Positions 33,990 to 44,030 of a stretch of 53,534 nucleotides of DNA are shown here, one piece after another. Under the pieces are notes generated by a model. It saw nothing but the letters and a program-made list of their open reading frames with translations. It did not search any database and was not told the DNA's origin. Origin of the DNA: an uncultured bacterium (GTDB lineage: Bacteria; Patescibacteriota; Minisyncoccia; Moranbacterales; GWC2-37-73); contig CAINNK010000023.1 in the NCBI GenBank assembly GCA_903851135.1, positions 1-53,534 on the forward strand, read 5' to 3'. Numbering within the stretch: the first letter of the stretch is position 1; each line of letters opens with the position of its first letter. The position numbers and the translations under genes were made by a program.

Positions 33990-35375
33990 TTATTCAGCCA
34001 CCATATTAATATTTTGATTAGTGAGTTTATTTATTGTTATTTCCTGGTCCGTAATACTTGTAAAGCCACCGGCAACCACGCTCAATTTATAACTACCAGC
34101 AACAAGCGTTGCACTGCTATCTGGAAAATAAACTTCTCCAAGGTTATTAGTGGTCAACGTGACATCGTATGAGCCGACCACACTCTTAAGCTCCACTGAA
34201 GCGTCAGCCAATGCAGTCCCATCTGCATCTTTAAGCACTGTGACTAATAGAGAGTCAATTTCCTTGTTAGCCAAAATCAGATTAGCGTCAAGCGTCGCAT
34301 CTGAAGCTAAGTTGAAAGCATCGGGAGAACCACCAGCGACATCCAGATATAATAATTGGTATTTATCATTTTCAGTTCCACTCGGATAAGTAAAATAGTA
34401 AGGACCAGGACTTACAGCTGAAAAGTTAACCTCACCTTCAGCTCCTGAATTAAAAGTTGTTTTCGTAAGTGACCAAACTGGCAAGGGTGGCACGGCTGTC
34501 GTGTTGCCAATTTTTCTGCCTCCCGCTAGAGAAAAATCAACATTAGGAATTACGTCTCCCAGAGGAGATTTGGTATAAAAATTAATATCAGAAGCCTTGT
34601 CCATCACAATTGTTTTCTGATTAATACTTGCATTAACAATGCTAGCATAGGTATCAATCGGATTAAAACTGCTAATAGGATAAGGTGGATAAGTTTGCAC
34701 TGAAAAATAACCATTTTTTGAAACCTGGATGTTATATGTCTGCAAAGATGGCAGAACTTCCGGCAAGAAAAGATTACCGGAATTATCTGTCGTATATTGG
34801 ACATTAACTGCTGGAGAAACTGTGCTATTCACAATTTTAACATTGGCCTGCGAAATTCCAGCCGCAGAACTATCCAAGACATTTAAAGACAGGATCCCAC
34901 CAGTATACATAGCTTCAACTCCCGGAGGAGAAATCGTAGCCACAGCAGTTGTTGCTTTGGCTGGATTATTATCCTCCCAATAAACAATAACTTTAATTTG
35001 CTTATAATCAGCTGGTCGAGTGTCGGTCCCAGCGGCCAAAGTGCCATCAAACGGATCATCTACCGCCACCACTGAACAATGCACGTAATAAGTTTTTCCT
35101 GAACGAGTGTCGGTTTCTGTTTGAGGAATCTTTCCAGCAGGGATTCCACCCAGAGTGCCAATATCTTCATATTTAAGATTATGAATTGTTTCGATTTTTT
35201 CGTTTGCAAGTTGAATTGCCCCCAATCGGCTTCGAACACTGCTCATTGCTTGAGTGCCAGTGGCGAAAACCTTGTAAAAAGTTATCCCCGTGATTGTAAA
35301 GATGAAAATAAAGACCATCATCTCTATTAAAGTGAAGCCTTTGTGATTGTTTTGGATGTTTTTGAATTGAATCAT
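33990..35375 (-). CDS. Large pseudopilin with prepilin-type N-terminus
   Basis: HKGFTLIEMMVFIFIFTI class III signal, followed by about 400 aa of beta-rich repeats resembling carboxypeptidase-regulatory-like folds. Confidence 0.7.
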   Translation of the reverse strand: MIQFKNIQNNHKGFTLIEMMVFIFIFTITGITFYKVFATGTQAMSSVRSRLGAIQLANEKIETIHNLKYEDIGTLGGIPAGKIPQTETDTRSGKTYYVHCSVVAVDDPFDGTLAAGTDTRPADYKQIKVIVYWEDNNPAKATTAVATISPPGVEAMYTGGILSLNVLDSSAAGISQANVKIVNSTVSPAVNVQYTTDNSGNLFLPEVLPSLQTYNIQVSKNGYFSVQTYPPYPISSFNPIDTYASIVNASINQKTIVMDKASDINFYTKSPLGDVIPNVDFSLAGGRKIGNTTAVPPLPVWSLTKTTFNSGAEGEVNFSAVSPGPYYFTYPSGTENDKYQLLYLDVAGGSPDAFNLASDATLDANLILANKEIDSLLVTVLKDADGTALADASVELKSVVGSYDVTLTTNNLGEVYFPDSSATLVAGSYKLSVVAGGFTSITDQEITINKLTNQNINMVAE

Positions 35376-35384
35376 TTGCTAAAC

Positions 35385-36611
35385 TTATTTTATACTATCC
35401 ATCAAACTATACATCGGCTGCAACATAGCAACTGCAAAGAAACCAACGGCGCCACCGATAAAAACCATCAAAATCGGCTCAATGATTGCTGACATATTCT
35501 TGGTGACTTGGTCGACTTCGTCTTCATAATACTCCGCCATTTGGAGTAACACCGTTTCTGTTTTTCCTGTTTCTTCTCCAACTTGGACAATTTGAGAAAC
35601 GAGCATCGGAAAAATGTCCGGGTGACTTGCCAAAATAGTACTTAAAGGAATTCCTTTTTGAATTTCTTCCATGCCATCTACTAAAGCTTTTTTATAATAG
35701 TAATTTGCCAGTGTATTGGAAATAATTTTAAGTGCATCTACTGAACTGACACCGCTTTTCAAAAGTGAGCTATAAATTCTGGCAAAACGAGCACAATTAA
35801 CTTGTTTGACAATGGGACTAAAAATTGGCACATGTACCGTAAAATAACTCAAAGCTTTTTTGCCAGCTTCTTGCTGAAGAAAAAAATTCAAGAAAACTAC
35901 CAAGCCAACAAACACAACGGCCACCGCCACTCCATTGTGCCTCATCATTTCGCTAGTATTGACCAAAAATTGAGTCATTGGTGGCAATTCAGCGTTCATA
36001 TCCTTAAACACTCCCATCATCTGCGGCAAAACATAGGTGAGCATAATTATGCCAATTATAATCATCACCGACAAAATAACTGTTGGATAAATCATCGCCC
36101 CCTTCACTTTGCCTTTCAAATCATGTTCCTTTTCCAATTGTACTGAAACTATTTTCAAAACTTCATCAAGATTTCCCGCCACTTCTCCGACTCTAACCAT
36201 GTTAATAAAAAGATCTCCAAAAACAGCAGGGTATTTTGAAAATCCTTCACTAAGAGTTTTTCCGCTTTGCATTTCATCAAAAATATCCCCAAGAATTTTT
36301 TTAAAACCTTTATGCTCAACTTGCAGCGCAAGATTGCTCACCGCCCGAGAAACCGTCAGCCCAGAGCTAATCATTACACTGAGATTGCGAGCAAAAACCA
36401 TTTTTTCTTTCAAGGGAACCCTGTCAAATCTTTCCAAAAATTTAACCTGGACACCACCATTGGCCTGTTCTTCTTTCACAAGCGAAATGGACGTCACCAA
36501 AAAACCATCGCTGCGAAGTTGCCCTGCTAATGTTTTTTCATCACGCGCAACAATCTCGCCGCCTTTGGTTTCACCGCTATAACTTTTAGCTGTGTAAATA
36601 TATTTAGGCAC
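35385..36611 (-). CDS. pilC: Type IV pilus platform protein PilC (GspF family)
   Basis: 408 aa with two GspF repeats (FSRQLATL-like ARNLSVMISSGLTV and ARIYSSLLKSGVS) and three TM regions. Confidence 0.85.
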   Translation of the reverse strand: MPKYIYTAKSYSGETKGGEIVARDEKTLAGQLRSDGFLVTSISLVKEEQANGGVQVKFLERFDRVPLKEKMVFARNLSVMISSGLTVSRAVSNLALQVEHKGFKKILGDIFDEMQSGKTLSEGFSKYPAVFGDLFINMVRVGEVAGNLDEVLKIVSVQLEKEHDLKGKVKGAMIYPTVILSVMIIIGIIMLTYVLPQMMGVFKDMNAELPPMTQFLVNTSEMMRHNGVAVAVVFVGLVVFLNFFLQQEAGKKALSYFTVHVPIFSPIVKQVNCARFARIYSSLLKSGVSSVDALKIISNTLANYYYKKALVDGMEEIQKGIPLSTILASHPDIFPMLVSQIVQVGEETGKTETVLLQMAEYYEDEVDQVTKNMSAIIEPILMVFIGGAVGFFAVAMLQPMYSLMDSIK

Positions 36612-36616
36612 GTTTT

Positions 36617-36737
36617 TAAAATTAAAATGTAAATCTCAAAATGAAAAATAATTGAGTCGCTTCATAAAAACTTTTAAAAAATATGAGCAAAGCGAATCCT
36701 AAAATTTTAAATTTTGATTTTTAAATTTTAAATTATT
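36617..36737. repeat. MITE-like AT-rich element with heptamer-periodic inverted arms (copy 2)
   Basis: aaaatgtaaatctcaaaatgaaaaat and aaaattttaaattttgatttttaaattttaaattat match the reverse complement of the arms at 26126-26216. The centre differs. Confidence 0.75.
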
Positions 36738-36739
36738 TA

Positions 36740-38488
36740 TTATTCCTTGGTTACTCTTAAAATTTCCTCAATAGAAGTGACGCCCATCGCCGCCTTAACA
36801 AAACCATCTTCGTACATTTTCTGCATCCCATCTTTTCTAGCTTCTCTTTCTATTTCATCAGCTGAAGCGTTGGATGTGATTAATTTGCCGATTTTTTCAT
36901 CCATAACCAAAACTTCGTAAATTCCTTGGCGTCCACGATAACCTTCATTATTACACTGCTCGCAACCTTTGGCCTTGAAAAATTGCACATCTTTCCAAGC
37001 AGCTTTAGCCCCGAAAGCTCCTTTAAGTTGAGGCGTTTTTTTCAGTACTGCTAAAATTTCAGTCATATCAAAACTTTCACCCAAGTTTTCAATATCTTTT
37101 TCTTCGAAGTTATAAGCCACCTTGCAATCATTGCATAATTTTCGCACCAAACGTTGAGCGACAATAACATTAACGGTCGACGCCACCAAAAAAGCCTCAG
37201 CTCCCATATCCAAAAGACGCGGCAAAGTTCCGGCTGCACTATTGGTGTGCAGGGTTGAAAGAACCAAATGTCCTGTCATTGCAGCTTCAATAGCAATCTG
37301 CATTGTTTCACCATCTCGAATTTCACCCACCATGATGATGTCCGGATCTTGACGAAGCAAACTGCGAAGCGCGGCGGCAAAAGTCATGCCGATTTTAGGA
37401 TTGACCTGAGTTTGATTAACTCGTTGCATGCGATATTCCACTGGATCCTCCACGGTACTAATGTTCACTTCTGGCGTATTTAAAATATCCATGACTGTAT
37501 ACAATGTGGTGGTTTTTCCACTACCAGTAGGTCCAGTTACCAAAATCATTCCGTTTGGTCGCTTAATATTTTGATGAACTTTTTCCAGTGCCTCACCAGA
37601 AAGTCCCATTTTTTCTAACGTCAATCCCTTTGAAGTCTCATCCAAAAGTCGCATCACGATTTTTTCACCTTCAAAAACCGGCAAAATGCTGACGCGAAAA
37701 GAAATTTTATAACCTTCTTTTTCAATTTTAAAACGTCCATCTTGAGGTAACCTGTGCTCGTCTAATTTCAAACTCGAAAGCACTTTAATGCGCGCAATTA
37801 AGCCGCCCATTACTTGCTTTGGCAACGTCATAGCGTCGTGCAAAATTCCGTCGATGCGATATCTCACTCGAACCTCTTTTTCATCCGGCTCAATGTGGAT
37901 GTCACTGGCAGACTGCAAAATTGCATGCTTGATCAAGGTGTCAACAATACGCACAATTGGAAGATCTTGCGCAATTTTTTCCAAATCATCATCTGAATCA
38001 TCCAAAGAAACACTTTCTGAATCTCGACTGATAATGTCTCCGAACTCTGCCTTGAGACTTTTTTCATATTGCTTCAAAACTATCTTGATGTTATCCTCAC
38101 TCGTCAAGCAAGGCACGATCTTAAGCCCTGTTTTCTTTCGAATAAAATCTATTGTCTGAAGATCTTCGGGATTCTTCATTGCTACTTTCAAGTTGTTTCC
38201 TTCTTTTTCAAAAGCCACGATTCCGAATTTCTTCGCAATCGGCTCTGGAATGATGTGCAAAATGTCATTTTCAATCACTTCCTTTTCCAGATTCACAAAT
38301 GGAATCCCCAAAATATATGAATACAATTTTTTTAAATCAATTTCACTGATAAGATTTTTTTCCATCAACAAATCACCAAGCTTTTTGTTTTCCTTGGCTG
38401 CTTGGTTGAAACTTTCTTCAATCACTCCGACTTCCAACAAACCCGAATCAAGAATAAAATCTTTTAACTGTTTGTTTTCTATTTGCAT
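36740..38488 (-). CDS. pilB: Type IV pilus assembly ATPase PilB (GspE family)
   Basis: N-terminal T2SSE_N domain, Walker A GPTGSGKTTTLY, Asp box, Walker B IIMVGEIRD, His box, and a tetracysteine motif (CNDC...CEQC). Confidence 0.9.
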   Translation of the reverse strand: MQIENKQLKDFILDSGLLEVGVIEESFNQAAKENKKLGDLLMEKNLISEIDLKKLYSYILGIPFVNLEKEVIENDILHIIPEPIAKKFGIVAFEKEGNNLKVAMKNPEDLQTIDFIRKKTGLKIVPCLTSEDNIKIVLKQYEKSLKAEFGDIISRDSESVSLDDSDDDLEKIAQDLPIVRIVDTLIKHAILQSASDIHIEPDEKEVRVRYRIDGILHDAMTLPKQVMGGLIARIKVLSSLKLDEHRLPQDGRFKIEKEGYKISFRVSILPVFEGEKIVMRLLDETSKGLTLEKMGLSGEALEKVHQNIKRPNGMILVTGPTGSGKTTTLYTVMDILNTPEVNISTVEDPVEYRMQRVNQTQVNPKIGMTFAAALRSLLRQDPDIIMVGEIRDGETMQIAIEAAMTGHLVLSTLHTNSAAGTLPRLLDMGAEAFLVASTVNVIVAQRLVRKLCNDCKVAYNFEEKDIENLGESFDMTEILAVLKKTPQLKGAFGAKAAWKDVQFFKAKGCEQCNNEGYRGRQGIYEVLVMDEKIGKLITSNASADEIEREARKDGMQKMYEDGFVKAAMGVTSIEEILRVTKE

Positions 38489-38615
38489 ATTGTTTTTGTT
38501 TTTCTAACTCCTCAGATTATATCATGAAAGACCTCACAAAAAAAGCAACCCACAAAGGCCGCTTGTATTTTGTATTTTTCTATTGTTTTTTATTCATTGA
38601 TTATTGTTCACTGCC

Positions 38616-39677
38616 CTAAACCTTAAATTCCACCACCTCACCATCCGTCATCACATAATCCCTGCCAACAGTTTTAACCGCCCCAAGTTCTTTGGCTTTG
38701 CCCCAAGATCCAATTTCCAAAAGCTTGTCCCAAGCAATGACATCAGCGCGGATGAATTTTTCTTGAAAATCCGTGTGAATAGCCGCGCCCGCTTCCGGAG
38801 CAGTTGCCCCTTTCTTGATGGTCCAGGCGCGCGTTTCAATTTTGCCCGTCGTCAAAAAAGTTTGCAGCCCCAGCAAATCATAGGCGGCCACAATCAGATT
38901 ATCAATATGCGAAACCAAGCCCATTTCAGTTTTTTCCTCCTGCGTCATTTCAATCAACTCTTCTTCGATTTTAATGTCGAGTTTAATATGTTTTTTGTTT
39001 TCCAATTCGGGTAGTAATTTTTCTTCCACGTCAGCCACGTTGAAAATATACAAAAACGGTTTCATAGTTAGCAACGACATTTCCCTAACGATTAATTTGC
39101 CATATTCCTCTTTGAGCATCTCATCCAAACCAGAAGTTTCATTGGCTAGTTTGCCAGCTTCCAAGGTTGCTTTAATTTTTCCGATAACTTCCAATTGCTT
39201 GTCAGCACCTTTTTTGTTGCCTTTGGCTTCTTTTTCAATCCGAAACTGAGTTTTGGTCGCAGTTTCCAAATCAGCCAAAATCAATTCCAAATTAATAACC
39301 TCCATGTCACCCACTGGATTAATCGCATTGTGCACATGCGTAATGTTGGAATTTTCAAAAACCCGCACCACTTGCGCAATCGCATCAACCTCTCGAATGT
39401 TGGCCAAAAATTTATTGCCCAAACCCTCGCCTTCTGAGGCGCCTTTCACAATTCCAGCGATATCCACAAATTCCACCACCGCTGGCACAATTTTTTCGGT
39501 CTGCGACATTTCTGAGAGTTTCAAAAGTCGTTCATCCGGCACTTTCACCACGCCCACATTAGGCTCAATGGTGCAAAACGGATAATTGCTAATTTCCACT
39601 GGATTTTTGGTCAGGGCTTTAAAAAGGGTGCTTTTCCCAACGTTTGGCAATCCCACGATTCCGATTTGTAATGACAT
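38616..39677 (-). CDS. ychF: Ribosome-binding ATPase YchF
   Basis: IGIVGLPNVGKSTLFKALT, FCTIEPN, DIAGIVKGAS and a C-terminal TGS-like domain (RAWTIKKGATAPEAAGAIHTDF). Confidence 0.9.
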   Translation of the reverse strand: MSLQIGIVGLPNVGKSTLFKALTKNPVEISNYPFCTIEPNVGVVKVPDERLLKLSEMSQTEKIVPAVVEFVDIAGIVKGASEGEGLGNKFLANIREVDAIAQVVRVFENSNITHVHNAINPVGDMEVINLELILADLETATKTQFRIEKEAKGNKKGADKQLEVIGKIKATLEAGKLANETSGLDEMLKEEYGKLIVREMSLLTMKPFLYIFNVADVEEKLLPELENKKHIKLDIKIEEELIEMTQEEKTEMGLVSHIDNLIVAAYDLLGLQTFLTTGKIETRAWTIKKGATAPEAGAAIHTDFQEKFIRADVIAWDKLLEIGSWGKAKELGAVKTVGRDYVMTDGEVVEFKV

Positions 39678-39869
39678 ATGCAAAAAATTTCTAACTCCTA
39701 ATTTCTAAATCCTAAACAATCAGACATACTTCTTTTTTAAAGCATTAACTAATTGAAAATTCAATAAAAATTGTGAATTGAAAATTGAAAATTTATAACT
39801 TAACTTAAAAACAATACCGCAAATAAATGAAACAAGCAATAGTGAGCCACAAAATCGAAATTTATAATC

Positions 39870-40613
39870 CTACATCGCCACCGTTTCCCAGAGCAGATCA
39901 AAAATAGTTTTTTGCGCTTGGGCAAATTCTGGCGATTCAATGATAAAGCCCATTTTTTCTTGACCGGAAATCACCACCACCTTGTCATCATAAATTGCCA
40001 GATAGGGACTAACGACATATTTTTCAGGCAAAAATCTGACCTTGCGATTTTGCTGAGAATGCGTTTCGCTTTGCTCCCACTCGGGATGATATTTTTCAAA
40101 AGCCCGCAGGGACAAACTGTTGATGCCAAGCTTGATGCGCTTTTTGACAAAATTTTCCACAAATTCCACCCCCAGCAACTCTTCCAGAAACGTTCCCGAC
40201 AAATAATAGCGATCAACTTTTTCTTGGCTTTTGAGTAAATCTTCGAACAGTTTTTGCAAGCCTGCCACATTGCGATAGATTTTAATTTCTGGCTGAGACA
40301 AACCGATACCAAAAATATTTTTTAATTCCGGCACAACTTCATGGACAGTATCTTGTTTTTCTTTCAATAAATTGCCCAGCGCTTCCTTGGGGTCTTCAGC
40401 CACATAAAGTTTTTTGTCATTTTTGACGACCGTAGTTACCAGATTTTTGCCGATCAAACTTTCCAAACAGTGATACACGGTGGTTCTTTTCAAATTTGTT
40501 GCTTTGGCCAATTGAATCACACTGGCGGATTTTAATTTTAGCAAAGCCAAATAGGCATCAATTTCCTTGCCTGCCAGGCCTAACTTTTCCAAATTTTTGG
40601 TTATTTTTTCCAT
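39870..40613 (-). CDS. TrmB-family transcriptional regulator
   Basis: The N-terminal wHTH is LGLAGKEIDAYLALLKLKSASVIQLAKATNLKRTTVYHCLESL. 247 aa. Confidence 0.7.
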   Translation of the reverse strand: MEKITKNLEKLGLAGKEIDAYLALLKLKSASVIQLAKATNLKRTTVYHCLESLIGKNLVTTVVKNDKKLYVAEDPKEALGNLLKEKQDTVHEVVPELKNIFGIGLSQPEIKIYRNVAGLQKLFEDLLKSQEKVDRYYLSGTFLEELLGVEFVENFVKKRIKLGINSLSLRAFEKYHPEWEQSETHSQQNRKVRFLPEKYVVSPYLAIYDDKVVVISGQEKMGFIIESPEFAQAQKTIFDLLWETVAM

Positions 40614-40787
40614 ATTGTCGACATTATTGGTCGTCTTTTCTGACGATTTTTTAGCCTTTTATAAACATATTCTAGCATATAATTTTAACTTTGTCCACGC
40701 TTATTGGCCTATTTTTCTCTTAGGTGTATGCTTGCTCGTTATCCACTGATAACATCTGCATCTTAAAAAAATTAAACTAACACCACT

Positions 40788-41582
40788 ATGTCAAACTCAC
40801 GCCTCAAGGAACGTTACGACAAAATTGCCCCGCTTTGGGATAGCAAGGCATACGCAGGACTCAGGAGAGATGATCTTCTTCTTGAAATTCTAAGACTTAT
40901 AAAATTAGATAAACTACCAAAAAATCCAAGCATTCTTGACTTAATGTGTGGCACTGGCATCGTCGGTCTAACCATTAAAAAGTACCTACAAGAAAAAGGC
41001 ATCGACAGTAAAGTAAGCTTTCTTGATTTTTCCCAAGCTATGTTAGATCAAATTCCAGATGACGAGGCTGAAATCAAGATGTGCGATGACATCACCATGA
41101 TGCCGTTTAATCATTCTTTTGATCGGATAGTTCTCCGCAATGGACTTTACGATCTCGAAGAAAGTTCTCAACTACCAACTCTGCGACAAATCTACAAAGT
41201 GCTCAAAGAAGATGGTCTTTTTGTTCTCATTTCCTACTGCCCTACCAAGAAGTTGCAACCCTACTACAATGGAATTGTAAATTTCAAAGATCAGTTGGCT
41301 GGCTGGAATGATGGGAAGCATAATCGCTACTTCACAACTGAAAAAGAGCTGCGAGAAAAATTTTCCAAGGCTGGCTTTAAAAATGTCGAAAGAAAATTCA
41401 GATTTTTTGGAACACTTCGCTATGAAAAAACTGGGGAAATGAACAAGACAGCTTCGGAAAAATGGAAGAGGTATGTTCTTGATATCCCTAAGCCAATCCG
41501 AAACAAAATGGGAATCAAATTGCAACCAGATGAAACTGTGGAATATCAATTCCCCGGGATAATCTTAGTGGCTGAAAAGTAA
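40788..41582 (+). CDS. Class I SAM-dependent methyltransferase
   Basis: ILDLMCGTGIVG is motif I (GxGxG-type). An acidic residue follows beta-2 (FLDFS). Confidence 0.7.
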   Translation: MSNSRLKERYDKIAPLWDSKAYAGLRRDDLLLEILRLIKLDKLPKNPSILDLMCGTGIVGLTIKKYLQEKGIDSKVSFLDFSQAMLDQIPDDEAEIKMCDDITMMPFNHSFDRIVLRNGLYDLEESSQLPTLRQIYKVLKEDGLFVLISYCPTKKLQPYYNGIVNFKDQLAGWNDGKHNRYFTTEKELREKFSKAGFKNVERKFRFFGTLRYEKTGEMNKTASEKWKRYVLDIPKPIRNKMGIKLQPDETVEYQFPGIILVAEK

Positions 41583-41597
41583 AAAATACTGCAACAC

Positions 41598-41632
41598 AAG
41601 GGTCGACAAATATACGTCGACCCTTTTCTTTT
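41598..41632 (+). terminator. Terminator after the methyltransferase gene
   Basis: Stem aagggtcgac / gtcgaccctt (10 bp), then ttctttt. Confidence 0.7.
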
Positions 41633-41720
41633 GCTTCGCTTCATGTTATCAATAATTAATACAATAAAGACGTTACCACCTTATTACTTTATAACTTTCC
41701 ACTTTATTACTTTTAACTCC

Positions 41721-42899
41721 ATGCAACCTGACCACATCCTGATCCGCTACGGCGAAATTTCGCTCAAAGGCAAGAACCGCAACTATTTTGAGGCGCGTTT
41801 GATTAAAAACCTCAAAGACCAGCTCAATGCTTTTGCGCCGAGCAGTTTTGAGTTTGTGAAAAAAATTTCCGGCGCTATTTTGGTCAAACTTAACAAAAAT
41901 GGACTAGCAGATATTGAAAAAGTTGAAGCTGCTATCCTGCACACCTTTGGCATCGTGAATTATTCCTTTGCCACCAGTCTCGAGCAAGACCTGGAAAAAA
42001 TCAAAGCCTTTTGCTGGGATTTAATCAAAGACAAAGATTTTCAAACTTTTCGGGTCACCTGTCAGCGCTCTAACAAAGAATTTCCAATGAAATCAGCCGA
42101 AATTGAATGTGAAGTTGGCGGTTATATTTTTGAAAAATTTGCCGACAAAAAGTCTGTCAAACTCAAAAATCCAGACTGTGAAATTTTTCTGGCCATCATT
42201 AATGATTATGCCTTGGTTTCGTTGGACAAAAAACAAGGGCTTGGCGGTTTGCCAGTTGGCACCAGTGGTCGAACTTTGGTTTTGATATCAGGTGGGTTTG
42301 ATTCACCAGTGGCCGCTTTCAGTGTTCTACGCCGCGGAGTGACCACTCGCTTTATCCATTTTCATTCCATGCCCTACACCTCGAAAGCTAGTCTGGAGAA
42401 AGTGACTGACCTGGTCAAAGTTTTGAAAAAATATCAATCTTCTGGAATTTTATACTCCGTTCCTTTTGCCGACGCTCAAAAAGAAATTATGCTAAGTTGC
42501 CCTGAGTCTTTGCGCATAATTCTTTATCGCCGACTGATGCTGAAAGTTGCCCAACAAATAGCCCAGAAAGAAAGAGCCCTCGCATTAGTGACTGGCGATT
42601 CAATCGGTCAAGTTGCTTCCCAGACTTTGGAGAATATTTTTGCAGTTAGCCAGGCTACAGATATGCCAATCTTTCGTCCACTTATCGGAACCGACAAAGA
42701 AGACATTATGAACACCGCCAAGGCAATCGGCACCTATGACATTTCAAAACTCGCCCACGATGATTGCTGCACCCGTCTGATGCCCAAAAAACCCGAAACC
42801 CGAGCCAAACTTCCCAATGTTCTAGCGGCCGAAAAAGCCCTTAATATTCCAAAGATGCTTAATGAGATTCTTGGCAAAGTTGAAAAGATAAAGGTTTAG
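41721..42899 (+). CDS. thiI: tRNA 4-thiouridine synthase ThiI
   Basis: ILIRYGEISLKGKNR (N-terminal ferredoxin-like/THUMP) and the PP-loop LISGGFDSPVAAF. Start taken at ATG 41721 (MQPDHILIRYGE). Confidence 0.85.
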   Translation: MQPDHILIRYGEISLKGKNRNYFEARLIKNLKDQLNAFAPSSFEFVKKISGAILVKLNKNGLADIEKVEAAILHTFGIVNYSFATSLEQDLEKIKAFCWDLIKDKDFQTFRVTCQRSNKEFPMKSAEIECEVGGYIFEKFADKKSVKLKNPDCEIFLAIINDYALVSLDKKQGLGGLPVGTSGRTLVLISGGFDSPVAAFSVLRRGVTTRFIHFHSMPYTSKASLEKVTDLVKVLKKYQSSGILYSVPFADAQKEIMLSCPESLRIILYRRLMLKVAQQIAQKERALALVTGDSIGQVASQTLENIFAVSQATDMPIFRPLIGTDKEDIMNTAKAIGTYDISKLAHDDCCTRLMPKKPETRAKLPNVLAAEKALNIPKMLNEILGKVEKIKV

Positions 42900-42902
42900 T
42901 CT

Positions 42903-42934
42903 CTACGAATTACGAACTGATACAAATGTACGAA
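42903..42934. repeat. TACGAAT-word repeat (copy related to 51358-51390)
   Basis: ctacgaattacgaactgatacaaatgtacgaa differs at 2 positions from ctacgaattacgaattgatacgaatgtacgaa at 51358. Confidence 0.75.
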
Positions 42935-43000
42935 AAAATGTTAATAGAAAAAATCCGCCAGCTCGACGGATTTTTTAATTTATACTTTTTCAATTCCCAG

Positions 43001-43028
43001 TTACTAGTTACTGATTACTAGTTACTTT
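43001..43028. repeat. TTACNNN heptamer array (second locus)
   Basis: ttactag ttactga ttactag ttacttt. It shares the 19-mer ttactgattactagttac with 19694-19712. Confidence 0.8.
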
Positions 43029-43084
43029 TTCTACTGTTATTAGAGACATTGGAAATTAAACATTAGGATTTAGGATTTTCACAT

Positions 43085-43822
43085 CTATCCTTCAATCTTT
43101 ACAATCCTATCAAAATATGTAGCTACTGTTGAGACCCAGCCTGGAGCTCCAGGATCGCCAGCGCAGCTTCGGCCGCACTTCCAAGTGTCAACCATCTTAG
43201 CTGGGGTGTTTCGGTCATTGCCAACCAAAACCTCAATCCGATTTCCCACTATTTCAATTGCTTCTTGAGCGCTAGCAAAACAACTATACCCAGAAACCGC
43301 TCCTCGGGAGCCGGTTCCTTTATAGCCCCAATAATTGTGACAGTCATCACCATTTTTAGAAGGTGAGGCCAAACCAAAACTGCTTTCTTTTTTGGCAATC
43401 CCAATCAAAAAGGCAGCCACCTTGCTATCGCGCTTGGCAATGAAGGGCACCATCTCACGAATAGGTGTATCGCCGACAATGCTGAGCAGGTTTTCTTCCA
43501 AATTGCCAATCTGAGCATCCCTTGAAGTTGCTTGCTCTTTGACAATCGGATTTATATTTTCCTTCTTATTGTTAATTGTAAAAATATTTTTTTTCTCAAA
43601 CATGGGAGAATTTAATTCCCTTAAAACTTTTTCTTCGCCAACATATGCCTGAGCATATGGAGCAGGCTGAAAGTCCCAAACCTTTCCAAAGATTCCCATC
43701 ATCATCACTCCGATTACAATGAAAAGAAATTTGTTATTTTTAATAATATTTAATGAACACTGCAAATCTTTTTTCACAAAATTTAACAGTTTTTTCCCCC
43801 TAGACGGTAAGGGATCACTCAT
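43085..43822 (-). CDS. Membrane-anchored lysozyme-like (SLT-like) protein, paralog A
   Basis: N-terminal TM. The C-terminal domain has IGIAKKESSFG (an SLT-type E-S catalytic motif), NYWGYKG and conserved Cys residues. It is collinear with the neighbouring paralog. Confidence 0.4.
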   Translation of the reverse strand: MSDPLPSRGKKLLNFVKKDLQCSLNIIKNNKFLFIVIGVMMMGIFGKVWDFQPAPYAQAYVGEEKVLRELNSPMFEKKNIFTINNKKENINPIVKEQATSRDAQIGNLEENLLSIVGDTPIREMVPFIAKRDSKVAAFLIGIAKKESSFGLASPSKNGDDCHNYWGYKGTGSRGAVSGYSCFASAQEAIEIVGNRIEVLVGNDRNTPAKMVDTWKCGRSCAGDPGAPGWVSTVATYFDRIVKIEG

Positions 43823-44030
43823 ATAGTATTTCTCAAAAAATTAATGGTCTTTCCTATTTCTGTCACCAAAGACGCAGATTTAATGCTAACAGGCAAATCA
43901 AAACCAGTCAAACGTTTTATCCACAATTTTGGCCAACTATCTCGTTATTTTGCCTTTTATAAGGGCTTTTTAGACAATTAAAAAAGTCCCCGAAAAGGAC
44001 TTCTTTAACAACATTAAGAAAAAATATTTG

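Noticed and set aside
38500-38512. Shared 12-mer tttctaactcct (minus strand AGGAGTTAGAAA) upstream of both pilB (38500) and ychF (39688) as a regulatory motif
   Set aside because: There are only two occurrences. The GGAG lies 17-19 nt from the ATGs, and the word falls within heptamer-type low-complexity DNA. This is insufficient evidence for a specific site.
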